A stretch of DNA of 64,000 bases, taken from assembly GCA_963847445.1 (NCBI GenBank), contig CAWJZV010000042.1:128001-192000 (forward strand), read 5' to 3'. Numbering within the stretch: the first letter of the stretch is position 1; every line of letters begins with the position of its first letter. The stretch comes from an uncultured delta proteobacterium. Lineage in GTDB: Bacteria; Desulfobacterota; Binatia; UBA9968. Under the pieces are notes generated by a model that made no database searches, had not been told where the DNA came from, and worked only from the letters and a program-made list of their open reading frames with translations. Positions 52,631-62,731 of this stretch are shown here, piece after piece. The translations under genes and the position numbers were made by a program.

Positions 52631-53980
52631 ATGACCTACGTCCGCTCGATTCAACTATTTTCGGTCCGTTGTTCGGCGACTGAGGAAATTAACGGCCTCT
52701 TCAGCGATCAAGCCTATGTTCGCGCGCTAGTGGACGTGGAGATTGCCCTGGCCCGCGCCGAGGCGCTGCGTCGGAGTCATTCCAGCCACAGCGGCAGAGC
52801 AGATCGCTGCGGTGAAAGCCGACAAGATCGATGTTGCCGCACTCACCAAGGGAACGCTTCGTTCCGGCTTTCCGATCATCGCTCTGGTGCAGGAGCTGCG
52901 AAAGCACGTGAGCGCCGACGCGGCGCCGTACATTCACTGGGGCGCGACGACGCAGGATATCATGGACACGGCCAGCGTGTTGCAGCTGCGCGCGGCGATT
53001 CAAATGATTGCGCAGACGCATGACGGCGAGATCGCGCGGCCATTGGCTGCGCTGGCCGAGAAGCATCGTTCGACTGTTCTGGCCGGGCGCACCCATAGCC
53101 AGCAGGCGTTGCCGATCACCTTCGGTTTGAAGGCGGCGGGTTGGTTGGCGCCGCTGTTGCGCCATGCTTGAGCGATTGGCGGAAATCGAACCGCGGTTGC
53201 TGGTCGTGCAATTTGGCGGCGCGGCGGGAACCTTGGCGGCGCTTGGCGATAAAGGTTTGGCGGTCATGCAAGCGTTGGCCAACGAATTGAAGCTGGCCGT
53301 ACGCCGGTGATGCCGTGGCATACGCAGCGCGATAGCTTCGTCGAGTTTGCCGGCTGGCTCAGTCTGGTTACAGGGTCGCTCGCCAAGATGGCGCAGGATG
53401 TTATTCTCATGGCGCAGACCGAAGTGGCAGAGGTCGGCGAGTCGGCGGAGGCAAGGGCGCGGCGGCAGCAGCACCATGCCGCAGAAGTCCAATCCGATCA
53501 CCAGCGAGTTGATTCGTCGCCGCGGCGCGCATCAACGCTCGTTGCTTTCGGCGCTGCACAACGCGCAGATTCAGGAACACGAGCGCGGCACGCATGGCTG
53601 GCAGGTGGAGTGGTTGACGTTGCCGCAGATGATCACGCTCACCGGCGGCGCGTTGAAACATGCGGTTTATCTGGCTAAGAATTTGCAAGTCGACGCAGCC
53701 GCGATGCGGGCGAATATTTCCAGCGCCAACGATGTGATTCTCGCCGAAGCGGCGGTGTTCGCGTTGGCTAATGCGATGCCACGGCCGCAGGCCGAAGAGC
53801 TGGTCAAGAAGGCATGTGTTATCGCCGTGGCTGAAAATAAGCCGCTAATCGAGATTGTCAGAGCGATTGGCCGGCGATTCGATTATGAGGTGCGGTCGAC
53901 TGGCAGGCGTTGGCGAGACCGGATAATTATCTCGGCGAGAGCGATAAAATTATCGACCGAGTGCTCAAAGGTTCAACTAA
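52631..53980 (+). CDS. pcaB: 3-carboxy-cis,cis-muconate cycloisomerase; multiple frameshifts
   Basis: HWGATTQDIMDT, GRTHSQQALPITFG, QFGGAAGTL, WHTQRD, GGSSTMPQKSNP. Confidence 0.88.
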
Positions 53981-54059
53981 AAAAAGCGGGCGGGTTTTCT
54001 AACCCACCGAAAGAACGCGGACACTGATGTCCGCCCTCCGAGATTTCAACCGAGACGCT

Positions 54060-54992
54060 ATGAACAAACCTCAAAAAGCCGATAAACTCACTACCATGCG
54101 GGAAGCCATCGCTGCCTACGTCGGCGACGGCTGCTCGCTGGCGATCGAAGGATTCACCGGATTCATTTCATTCGCCGCGGGCCACGAGATCATCCGCCAG
54201 AAGCGCCAGGGTCTCACTTTGATCCGCATGACACCAGACCTGATCTACGATCAGATGATCGCCGCCGGCACGGCGAAGAAGTTAATCTTCAGCTACATGG
54301 GCAACCCCGGTGTCGGCTCGCTTTACTGCGTCCGCCGCGCGGTGGAAAAATCTATTCCTCGGCCCGCTGGAATGGGAGGAGTATTCGCACTACGGGTTGG
54401 TGGGGCGCTATGCGGCGGGAGCGTCGCGGGCGCCGTTTTTTCCGCTGCGCAGTTATATCGGCTCGGAAATGCTGGAGGTCAATCCGCTGATCAAATTGAT
54501 CGACGATCCCTACGGCACTGGCAAGATCGCGGTGGTGCCGCCGCTCAATCCCGACGTGGCGATTCTCCACGCTCAGCGCGCGGACCGGCGCGGCAACACG
54601 CAACTGTGGGGCCTGCTGGGCATGCAAAAAGAAGTGGCGTTTGCCGCCAAGCATGTGATCATCGTGGTGGAAGAAATCGTCGATGAATCGGTGATTCGCG
54701 CCGATCCCAACCGCACTTTGATTCCCGGCCTGATCGTCGATGCGGTGGTGCACGAGCCCTACGGCGCGCACCCATCCTACGTCCAGGGTTATTACGACCG
54801 GGACAACGAATCTTATCTTACCTGGGACAAGCTTTCTCAGGATCACGGGGCGGAATGGCGTGGCTCGACGAATGGGTTTACGGCTTGGAGAATCACGCCG
54901 CCTACGTGCGGAAATTGGGTCAAGCTTATTTCGACAGGCTCAAGCCGGAGCCATTGCCGGCGCCCTCGGTGGACTACGGGAGGTATCGATGA
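54060..54992 (+). CDS. pcaI: CoA-transferase subunit A (GctA/CatI type; likely 3-oxoadipate CoA-transferase)
   Basis: EGFT, AAGHEIIRQ, TPDLIYDQ, GNPGVGSL, HPSYVQGYYDRDN; located in pca operon. Confidence 0.8.
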
Positions 54993-55756
54993 GCGAAGTC
55001 ACTTACACCGATTCCGAGATGATGATCGCGGTGGCGGCGCGCATGTTGAAAGGAGCGCGCACGGTTTTCGTCGGCGTCGGTCTGCCCAATGTCGCCTGCA
55101 ACCTGGCGCGCTACACGGTCGCGCCTGACTTGGAGTTGATTTACGAATCCGGCGTCTACGGCGCACGTCCGGAGCGGCTGCCGCTTTCGATCGGCGATCC
55201 CACCTTGGTCAGCGGAGCGACCTCGGTGGTCTCCATGGCGGATCTGTTTGGCTTGTACCTGCAAGGGGGGCTGGTCGAGATCGCGCTGCTCGGCGGCGCC
55301 CAGATCGACCGCTACGGCAATCTCAACTCCACGGTCATCGGCGACTATAGCAAACCGAAGACGCGACTGCCGGGCAGCGGCGGCGCCTTAGAAATCGCTA
55401 CCAACGCGCAACGCACGTTCATGATCATGCGTCTTAAGCGTCGCGCGTTCGTCGGCAAGCTCGATTTTCTCACCAGCCCAGGCCACTTGACCGGTGGTGA
55501 CAGCCGCGCTCGGTTGGGCTTGCCCGGCGGCGGGCCGGAAATCGTGATTACCGACAAAGCTGTCTTGAATTTTGCCAACCCGGAGCGCGAAATGCAGCTT
55601 AGCGCACTCTATCCAGGCGTGACGGCAGAAGACGTGCAGGCCGAGGTCGGCTGGCCGCTGCGTTTAGCCGAGACGATCGAAGAAATCACCGCGCCGACGA
55701 GTGCAGAGCTGCATTTGATCCGCGACGAAGTCGACCCCGATGCTATGTACCGTTGA
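54989..55756 (+). CDS. pcaJ: CoA-transferase subunit B (GctB/CatJ type)
   Basis: FVGVGLP, IYESG catalytic Glu, GAQIDRYGNLNS, RLPGSGGA. Confidence 0.8.
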   Translation: MSEVTYTDSEMMIAVAARMLKGARTVFVGVGLPNVACNLARYTVAPDLELIYESGVYGARPERLPLSIGDPTLVSGATSVVSMADLFGLYLQGGLVEIALLGGAQIDRYGNLNSTVIGDYSKPKTRLPGSGGALEIATNAQRTFMIMRLKRRAFVGKLDFLTSPGHLTGGDSRARLGLPGGGPEIVITDKAVLNFANPEREMQLSALYPGVTAEDVQAEVGWPLRLAETIEEITAPTSAELHLIRDEVDPDAMYR

Positions 55757-55804
55757 AAACGAAAACAGCCACTGAAACATTTTGCTGATTTCACGATCTG
55801 CGGC

Positions 55805-55890
55805 GCGGCGCGGCGATGAGAATACTTCCTCGGAGGAAGTGGATCGCGTGCTCAATTCTCATCCGCAGGTCGCCGAGTCGGCGGCGTCCA
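55805..55890 (+). pseudogene. Acyl-CoA synthetase (AMP-binding) fragment
   Basis: Translates RGDENTSSEEVDRVLNSHPQVAESAA. Confidence 0.55.
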
Positions 55891-55974
55891 TCCGACCGAC
55901 CTGACGCAGGTCTCTGCGGGGTCGTCGTTCGCGACGGCGCGGCTAACCGAGCAATCACAGATTGAGCAGGATCG

Positions 55975-57987
55975 ATGAATCAAGAAGCAAAAAAATCATT
56001 CAAAGAACTCTTATTCGGCAAAGCCAAGGATCCGCTCGATCCGAAGGTCTTTCATCAAATCTCTTTGGTCGCGTTCCTTGCCTGGGTTGGGCTCGGCGCC
56101 GACGGCTTGAGCTCTTCGGCCTACGGTCCGGAAGAAGCTTATCTGGCGCTGGGGCAGCATTTACATCTGGCACTCCTGCTGGTGATATTGACTGCCGCGA
56201 CGGTCTTCATCATTTCCGCCAGCTATTCGCAGATCATCGAGCTTTTCCCGACCGGCGGCGGCGGTTATTTGGTCGCGACCAAGTTGCTCGGCTCGCGGGC
56301 GGGCCTGGTTTCGGGGTCGGCGCTGGTGGTCGACTATATGTTGACGATTACCATTTCGATCGCCAGCAGCGCCGATGCGTTGTTTAGTTTTCTCCCCGCA
56401 TCGCTGTCAGCTTACAAGTTCGCCGTCGAGGTGTTGCTGATCTTTGCGCTGATTTTTCTCAATCTGCGCGGTGTGAGAGAGTCGGTGCTGGTCATGTTGC
56501 CGATCTTCCTGCTATTCATCGTCATGCACCTCGTGGTGATTACGCTGGGTATCGTGCCGCACGCGGCCGACATGCCGGCGCTGGTGGCGAACACCTATCG
56601 GGAAGTTGACCGCGATGTTCAAGGAATCGGTTTGCTGGCGACTTTGGCTATTCTGCTCCACGCCTATAGCCTCGGCGGCGGTACTTATACCGGTATCGAG
56701 GCGGTCAGTAACGGACTGCAGATCCTGCGCGAACCCCGTGTCGTTACCGGCAAAAAGACCATGCTCTACATGGCCACCTCGCTGGCGTTTACCGCCGGCG
56801 GCATTTTGCTCTGTTACTTGCTCAACCGCGTGATGCATGAGCCGGGAAAGACGCTCAATGCGAGTTTATTCGCTAACATCTATGGCGCGTTCTTCGGCGG
56901 CGATTCGACGACCACGGCGAGCCTGGTGATCGTCACGCTGATCACCGAAGCGGCGCTGTTGATCGTCGCTGCACAGGCGGGATTTCTCGACGGGCCGCGG
57001 GTGCTGTCGAACATGTCGCTCGACTCCTGGACGCCGCATCGTTTGTCCCACTTGAGCGACCAGTTGGTGACGCGCAACGGCGTCTGGTTCATGGGCATCG
57101 CGTCGCTGGGATTTTTGGCCTACAGCCACGGCGAAGTGAAGCTGTTGGTGATCATGTACAGCATCAACGTGTTTCTGACCTTCACCTTGTCGCAGTTGGG
57201 CATGTGCCGGCATTGGTGGCAGGTGCGGCGGAGCGCCGAGCCTTGGCGCATGAAACTTGCGGTCAATGGCTTCGGGTTGCTTTCGACCAGCACGATTCTT
57301 TGCGTCACGGTGGCGACGAAATTTCTCGAAGGCGGCTGGCTGACGGTCGTCGTGACCTTGAGTTTCGTAATGGTTTGCCAGGCGGTGCGCTGGCATTACG
57401 AGAAGGTTCAGCGAGCTCTAAAAGCCCTCGACGACACGCTTTTGGGCATTCCCTTCCAACCGGATTTGAAAGCGCCGACACCGGTGAAGAATGTCCAGGC
57501 GCCGACCGCGGCGATTGTCGTGCGCGAGTTCGATGGCGTCGCGGTGCACACATTGCTGAACCTCCAACGGTTGTTCCCGAATCACTATAAGAACATCGTC
57601 TTCGTTTCCGTCGGCGTGATCGATGCCGGCCAGTTCAAAGGCCATGCGGAAATGGAGAGTCTCCAGCGAAAAAAAGAAGAGGACCTCAAGAGTTTCGTCG
57701 ACTACGCAACCTGTTTGGGTTGGTACGCGGAGTATCGCTACGCGCTCGGCGTCGATCTGATCGACGAGCTGGAGCAAACTTGTAACTTGGTTGCCAAGGA
57801 ATTTCCCCGCACGGTCTTCTTTAGCGGCAAGCTGGTTTTCGAGGAGGAGAGTGTGTTTACCCGGCTACTGCATAACCACACGCCTTATACCTTGCAGCAG
57901 AAACTCCAGTTCGCCGGCCGGGACATGATGATATTGCCGATCCGGGTAACAACTCAGCAGAACGCTTCTGCGCGACCGGCAGTCTAA
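55975..57987 (+). CDS. APC-superfamily permease, KimA/YdaO-like (possible K+ transporter)
   Basis: ADGLSSSAYGPEE, GGGGY, NLRGVRES, TGIEAVSNG, soluble C-terminal domain. Confidence 0.85.
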   Translation: MNQEAKKSFKELLFGKAKDPLDPKVFHQISLVAFLAWVGLGADGLSSSAYGPEEAYLALGQHLHLALLLVILTAATVFIISASYSQIIELFPTGGGGYLVATKLLGSRAGLVSGSALVVDYMLTITISIASSADALFSFLPASLSAYKFAVEVLLIFALIFLNLRGVRESVLVMLPIFLLFIVMHLVVITLGIVPHAADMPALVANTYREVDRDVQGIGLLATLAILLHAYSLGGGTYTGIEAVSNGLQILREPRVVTGKKTMLYMATSLAFTAGGILLCYLLNRVMHEPGKTLNASLFANIYGAFFGGDSTTTASLVIVTLITEAALLIVAAQAGFLDGPRVLSNMSLDSWTPHRLSHLSDQLVTRNGVWFMGIASLGFLAYSHGEVKLLVIMYSINVFLTFTLSQLGMCRHWWQVRRSAEPWRMKLAVNGFGLLSTSTILCVTVATKFLEGGWLTVVVTLSFVMVCQAVRWHYEKVQRALKALDDTLLGIPFQPDLKAPTPVKNVQAPTAAIVVREFDGVAVHTLLNLQRLFPNHYKNIVFVSVGVIDAGQFKGHAEMESLQRKKEEDLKSFVDYATCLGWYAEYRYALGVDLIDELEQTCNLVAKEFPRTVFFSGKLVFEEESVFTRLLHNHTPYTLQQKLQFAGRDMMILPIRVTTQQNASARPAV

Positions 57988-58033
57988 TACTCGACTTTCA
58001 CCGCAGAATTACGTTGACCGCATCGAGTAACCC

Positions 58034-59493
58034 ATGTTTGAACAAGCCTTCAAAAACATCGACGACGTTCTCTGGAAAGAGGCCGGCTGCACCACCGAAC
58101 TCGACTACACCGAGCAGACTTCCTGGCTGCTGTTCCTGAAATACCTCGACGGCCTGGAGCAGGACAAGGCCGACGAAGCCGAGCTGGAGGGCAAGAAATA
58201 CACCTACATCCTCGACAAGCCGTATCGCTGGGAAAGCTGGGCCGCGCCCAAGGGCAAGGACGGCAAGCTCGACCACAACACCGCCCTGACCGGCGACGAC
58301 CTGCGCGACTTCGTCAATCAGAAGCTCTTTCCCTACCTGCACGGCTTCAAGCAGAAGGCCACCGGGCCGAACACCATCGAATACAAGATCGGCGAGATCT
58401 TCGGCGAGATCAAAAACAAGATCCAGAGCGGCTACAACCTGCGCGAGATCATCGACCACATCGACGAACTGCGCTTCCGCTCCCAGACCGAGAAGCACGA
58501 GCTGTCGCACCTCTACGAAGCCAAGATCAAGAACATGGGCAACGCCGGGCGCAACGGCGGCGAGTATTACACGCCGCGCCCGCTCATCCGCGCCATCGTG
58601 CAGGTGGTGAAGCCCAAGATCGGCGAGCGCATCTACGACGGCGCGGTCGGCTCGGCGGGCTTCCTGTGCGAGTCGTTCGATTACCTGCAGGCAGACCAAT
58701 CCCAAGCGCACCACCGCGCAGGACCGCACCCTGCAAGAGCGCACCTTCTACGGCAAGGAAAAGAAGTCGCTCGCCTACGTCATCGCGATCATGAACATGA
58801 TCCTGCACGGCATCGAAGCGCCGAACATCATCCACACCAACACGCTCACCGAAAACCTCGCCGACATTCAGGAGAAAGACCGCTACGACGTGGTGCTGGC
58901 CAATCCGCCCTTCGGCGGCAAGGAACGCAAGGAAGTGCAGCAGAACTTCCCCATCCGCACCGGCGAGACGGCGTTCCTGTTCCTCCAGCACTTCATCAAG
59001 ATCCTCAAGGCCGGCGGACGCGGCGGCGTGGTCATCAAGAACACCTTCCTCTCCAACACCGACAACGCCTCCGTGAGCCTGCGCAAGCTGCTGCTGGAAA
59101 GCTGCAACCTGCACACCGTGCTCGACTGCCCCGGCGGCACGTTCCAGGGCGCGGGCGTGAAGACCGTGGTGCTGTTCTTCGAGAAAGGCGCACCGACCCG
59201 CAAAGTCTGGTTCTACCAGCTCGACCCCGGCCGCAACCTGGGCAAGACCAACCCGCTCAACGACGACGACCTCGCCGAGTTCGTGAAGCTGCAAAAGACC
59301 TTCGCCGACTCGCCCAAGAGCTGGAGCGTGGACGCCAAGAGCATCGACCCGACGACCTTCGACCTCTCCGTGAAGAACCCCAACGGCGGCGAGGAAGTCA
59401 CGCACCGCAGCCCGCAGGACATCATGGACGAAATCGCCGCGCTGGATGCCGAGAGCGCGGAGGTGCTGGCGGAGCATCAGGGGGTTGCTATGA
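58034..59493 (+). CDS. hsdM: Type I R-M methyltransferase subunit M; frameshift ~58690
   Basis: GEYYTPR, YDGAVGSAGFL (motif I), NPPF (motif IV). Confidence 0.93.
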
Positions 59494-59494
59494 A
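59449..59494 (+). repeat. Direct repeat of hsdM 3' end/ATGA junction; second copy at 60210-60252
   Basis: ccgaga..ggaggtgctggcggagcatcagggggttgctatgaa vs ccgaga..ggaggtgctgggaaacatcagggcgctgctatgaa. Confidence 0.85.
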
Positions 59495-59531
59495 ATAAGT
59501 CCTATGTGACTCATGATGACCCATACGACCT

Positions 59532-60149
59532 ATGAGTCACGTTCCTGAACCGAAAACTTCATCCCGCCTCACGGCAACTACCAGGAGCTGCTTTCCTACC
59601 AAAAGGCAGAGGTGGTCTATGATCTCACCTTCCGCTTCTGCGAACGCTTCCTCAAAAGGGGCGACCGCACCATCGACCAGATGGTGCAGGCCGCCCGCTC
59701 GGGAAAACAAAACATCGTGGAAGGCAGCAAAGCCGTCCGGCACCTCCAAGGAAATGGAGATCAAGCTGACCAACGTGGCCCGCGCCAGCCTGGAAGAGCT
59801 GCTGGAGGACTACCGAGACTTCCTCCGCGTGCGAGATCTGGCCCTTTGGAACAAAGATTCCAAAGAAGCTCAATACGTCCGCAAGCTCGGAAACAAGCCC
59901 CATACGACCTATGAAACCTATCGCGAGTTCTGCGAAACCCGCCCGCCGGAAGTCGTCGCCAACATCGCCCTCTGCCTCATCCACCAGACCAACTACCTGC
60001 TCGACCAGCAAATCCGCCGGCTGGAGAAAGATTTCGTGAAGCACGGCGGCCTGCGCGAGCGCATGACCCGCGCCCGTTTGCAGCACCGGAACAAACCGCC
60101 GCCAGCCATGAGTCCTATGAAGACACCTGTGTCGCATAAGCCCCCATGA
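59532..60149 (+). CDS. Four-helix-bundle protein with suffix domain; frameshifts
   Basis: YQELLSYQKA, DRTIDQMVQAARSGKQNIVEGS, LTNVARASLEELLEDYRDFLR, GGLRERM. Confidence 0.88.
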   Translation: MSHVPEPKTSSRLTATTRSCFPTKRQRWSMISPSASANASSKGATAPSTRWCRPPARENKTSWKAAKPSGTSKEMEIKLTNVARASLEELLEDYRDFLRVRDLALWNKDSKEAQYVRKLGNKPHTTYETYREFCETRPPEVVANIALCLIHQTNYLLDQQIRRLEKDFVKHGGLRERMTRARLQHRNKPPPAMSPMKTPVSHKPP

Positions 60150-60247
60150 CACCCCGCCACTCAATGAGTCTCATCAGACCTATGGAACCCATGAGTCCAA
60201 TCCCAGACTCCGAGACCGGAGGTGCTGGGAAACATCAGGGCGCTGCT

Positions 60248-61485
60248 ATGAAGAAGGGTGGCAAACGCAAGACTCTTGGAGAAGTCTGCCAATTCCCAAA
60301 GGTCTGTGGAAAGCGAAAAGCTGCCTTTGGATAACGGTTGGTGTCATCCGAAATACGACTTCACCAAAGACAGGAACGCTGATGCATTCAGCATCGCGAT
60401 CTCGACTGGAGGCGAAGAAGCTCGAAAGCGTCGACTTCAGTTTGGACGACATCGATTCGTTGTAAAGTCGTGCGGTGGCTCGAACAGCCAGCAGGGTCGA
60501 GTCGCCCATGTTCGATACGATGGACGGCGCCTTCGCGATCAGCAATTCACTGCGCTCTTCGAGTCCTGAAACTCAGACCTAGACTTCCGAGTTCTCTACA
60601 AGTTTCTGCATTCGACTGATGTCTCGGCATACGGAGGGCATGCAGAGCCATGTCCACGGGCATTCACAACGGCTGGCGAAGCATATCAAGGCCATCAAAT
60701 TCACTTTCCCCCGCTCCCCGAACAGCAGCGGATCGTCGGCATCCTCGACGAAGCGTTTGAGGGCATCGCCACCGCCAAAGCCAACGCCGAAAAGAACCTC
60801 CAAAACGCCCGCGCCCTCTTCGAAAGCCACCTCCAATCCGTCTTCACCCAGCGCGGCGAGGGGTGGGTGGAGAAGACGCTCGGCGAGATATGCGCAGCGA
60901 CGTCTGGTACGGCCATTTGGCAAAGCTTCGCAACGAGTGTGATCACGTGACGGGATTCCGTCTGCTCATGAGCTCAACAACGTGCAGCCAGGCAGACTCG
61001 ACTGGGAAGACGTGCAATACTATCACGGCAGAGAATTTCACGAACGACTCAAGAAATACTCAGCTTCGAGATGGCGATTTCTTGTCTGCGATCGGAGCGA
61101 ACGAGTCGAGATTGGTTGCGCAGTCTCATGAACGACGTGAGCAGACTCAACTGCGCAAATTAGCTAATTCGCGAGACCGACTCGCAGTGGAACGACGAGC
61201 TCTTCATGCACGATATTTCAATCGCACTCCGGCTGTCGAAAGCGATTCACTGCGGCAAGACGTCGGGATCAGCGTCAAGGTGTCAAGCAACATCATCGAC
61301 AGGATTGCGAAGCTTCTCGATTTCCCAGCCTTCCGCCAGCCGAACAAAGAAGCGCATCGTCGCCAAACTGGACGAACTCCGCGAAGAAACCCAACGCCTC
61401 GACTCGCCTCTACGAGCGGAAGCTCGCCGCGCTGGAGGCGTTGAAGAAGTCGCTGCTGCACCAAGCGTTCAGCGGAGAATTATAA
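60248..61485 (+). CDS. hsdS: Type I R-M specificity subunit S; both TRDs indel-riddled
   Basis: PPLPEQQRIVGILDEAFEGIATAKANAEKNLQNARALFES and IVAKLDEL...LKKSLLHQAFSGEL* conserved regions. Confidence 0.85.
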
Positions 61486-61493
61486 GCAGAGAT

Positions 61494-61569
61494 GTTTGTA
61501 TACATTTCTTGATTAAATGTATGCAAACTCATACATTTTGTTTACATTGCAAACAAGCTGTATACAAAC
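61494..61569. promoter_or_regulatory. AT-rich inverted repeat upstream of Fic gene (operator-like)
   Basis: GTTTGTATACATTT-N7-AAATGTATGCAAAC plus TGTATACAAAC directly before ATG. Confidence 0.5.
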
Positions 61570-61570
61570 C

Positions 61571-62722
61571 ATGAAACGCATAGAAGTCGGTAAAAACATC
61601 GCTCAAAAACAAGGGTTTACGGCATTCATTCCACATCCATTCCCGCCCAAAGAGGGGTTTGATTGGGATTCACAGCTCCTAAAGAAGACAGATCATGCAA
61701 CCCGGTTGCTGGGTAAGTTGGATGGAATTACAAAGTTGTTGCCCGATGCCGACTTTTTCCTCCTGATGTATCTCCGAAAAGACGCCACCTCATCAAGCCA
61801 GATTGAGGGGACACAAGCCACGATGATCGATGCAATCGAAGCGGAAGCAAAAGTAACCACCAATATCCCGAAAGATGTGGATGATATTCTGCACTACATC
61901 AAGGCGCTGAATTACGGGATGAAGCGAATGGTTGGTGATAAGTTTCCGGTTTCCATGCGTTTTGTTCGTGAGCTGCATGGCAAGCTGATGGATCAGGCGC
62001 GCGCCAGCCACTTTTCCGATCCCGGAGAATTTCGCAAAAGTCAAAACTGGCTTGGTGGTACTCGCCCGGATAACGCCCGTTTTGTTCCTCCACCCGTTGA
62101 GGACATGAACAGAGCATTGAGTGATCTTGAGCGTTTCATGCACGCAAACGATTCAACCCTGACACTGATCAAGGCGGCGCTTATCCATGCCCAATTTGAA
62201 ACCATCCATCCCTTTCTCGATGGCAATGGTAGAACCGGCAGAATGTTGATCACATTCTATTTATGGAAAGAGGGATTTTTGGAAAAACCGGTTTTGTTTT
62301 TATCCTCCTTTTTCAAAAAACACCAGGAGCTGTATTACGAAAAACTGCTCGCTTATCAGAAGCACGGCAAGGTGGATGACTGGGTCGATTTCTTTCTCGA
62401 AGGTGTCATTGAAGTTGCCAATGAAGCCATAGAGATTGTCGGTAAGATTACGACGTTGCGTGAAGAAGATATGGCAAGAGTGCAAAAACTTGGCAAACGG
62501 GCAGCAGAAAGCGCGGCACTCTTGTTGCCCAGGCTCTATGGGCAACCGGTTGTCAATGTTGCGCTCGTGCAAAAGTGGACGGGATTTACACGAGCCGGCG
62601 CACAAACAGTTATCAATCGTTTTATCGCGATGGGAATTCTTTCCCCGAAGGACAAGGATAAGAAATACGGACAATCCTATATTTACAAAAAGTACATCGA
62701 GATTTTTGCGGATAGCAAATAA
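61571..62722 (+). CDS. Fic family protein (N-terminal inhibitory helix type)
   Basis: HPFLDGNGRTGR catalytic motif; SSQIEG inhibitory motif; lower GC than flanks. Confidence 0.92.
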   Translation: MKRIEVGKNIAQKQGFTAFIPHPFPPKEGFDWDSQLLKKTDHATRLLGKLDGITKLLPDADFFLLMYLRKDATSSSQIEGTQATMIDAIEAEAKVTTNIPKDVDDILHYIKALNYGMKRMVGDKFPVSMRFVRELHGKLMDQARASHFSDPGEFRKSQNWLGGTRPDNARFVPPPVEDMNRALSDLERFMHANDSTLTLIKAALIHAQFETIHPFLDGNGRTGRMLITFYLWKEGFLEKPVLFLSSFFKKHQELYYEKLLAYQKHGKVDDWVDFFLEGVIEVANEAIEIVGKITTLREEDMARVQKLGKRAAESAALLLPRLYGQPVVNVALVQKWTGFTRAGAQTVINRFIAMGILSPKDKDKKYGQSYIYKKYIEIFADSK

Positions 62723-62731
62723 ACAACCATC

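Noticed and set aside
59532-61485. Diversity-generating retroelement (Avd-like gene beside a variable hsdS)
   Set aside because: No reverse transcriptase and no TR/VR pair with adenine-specific differences in the window.
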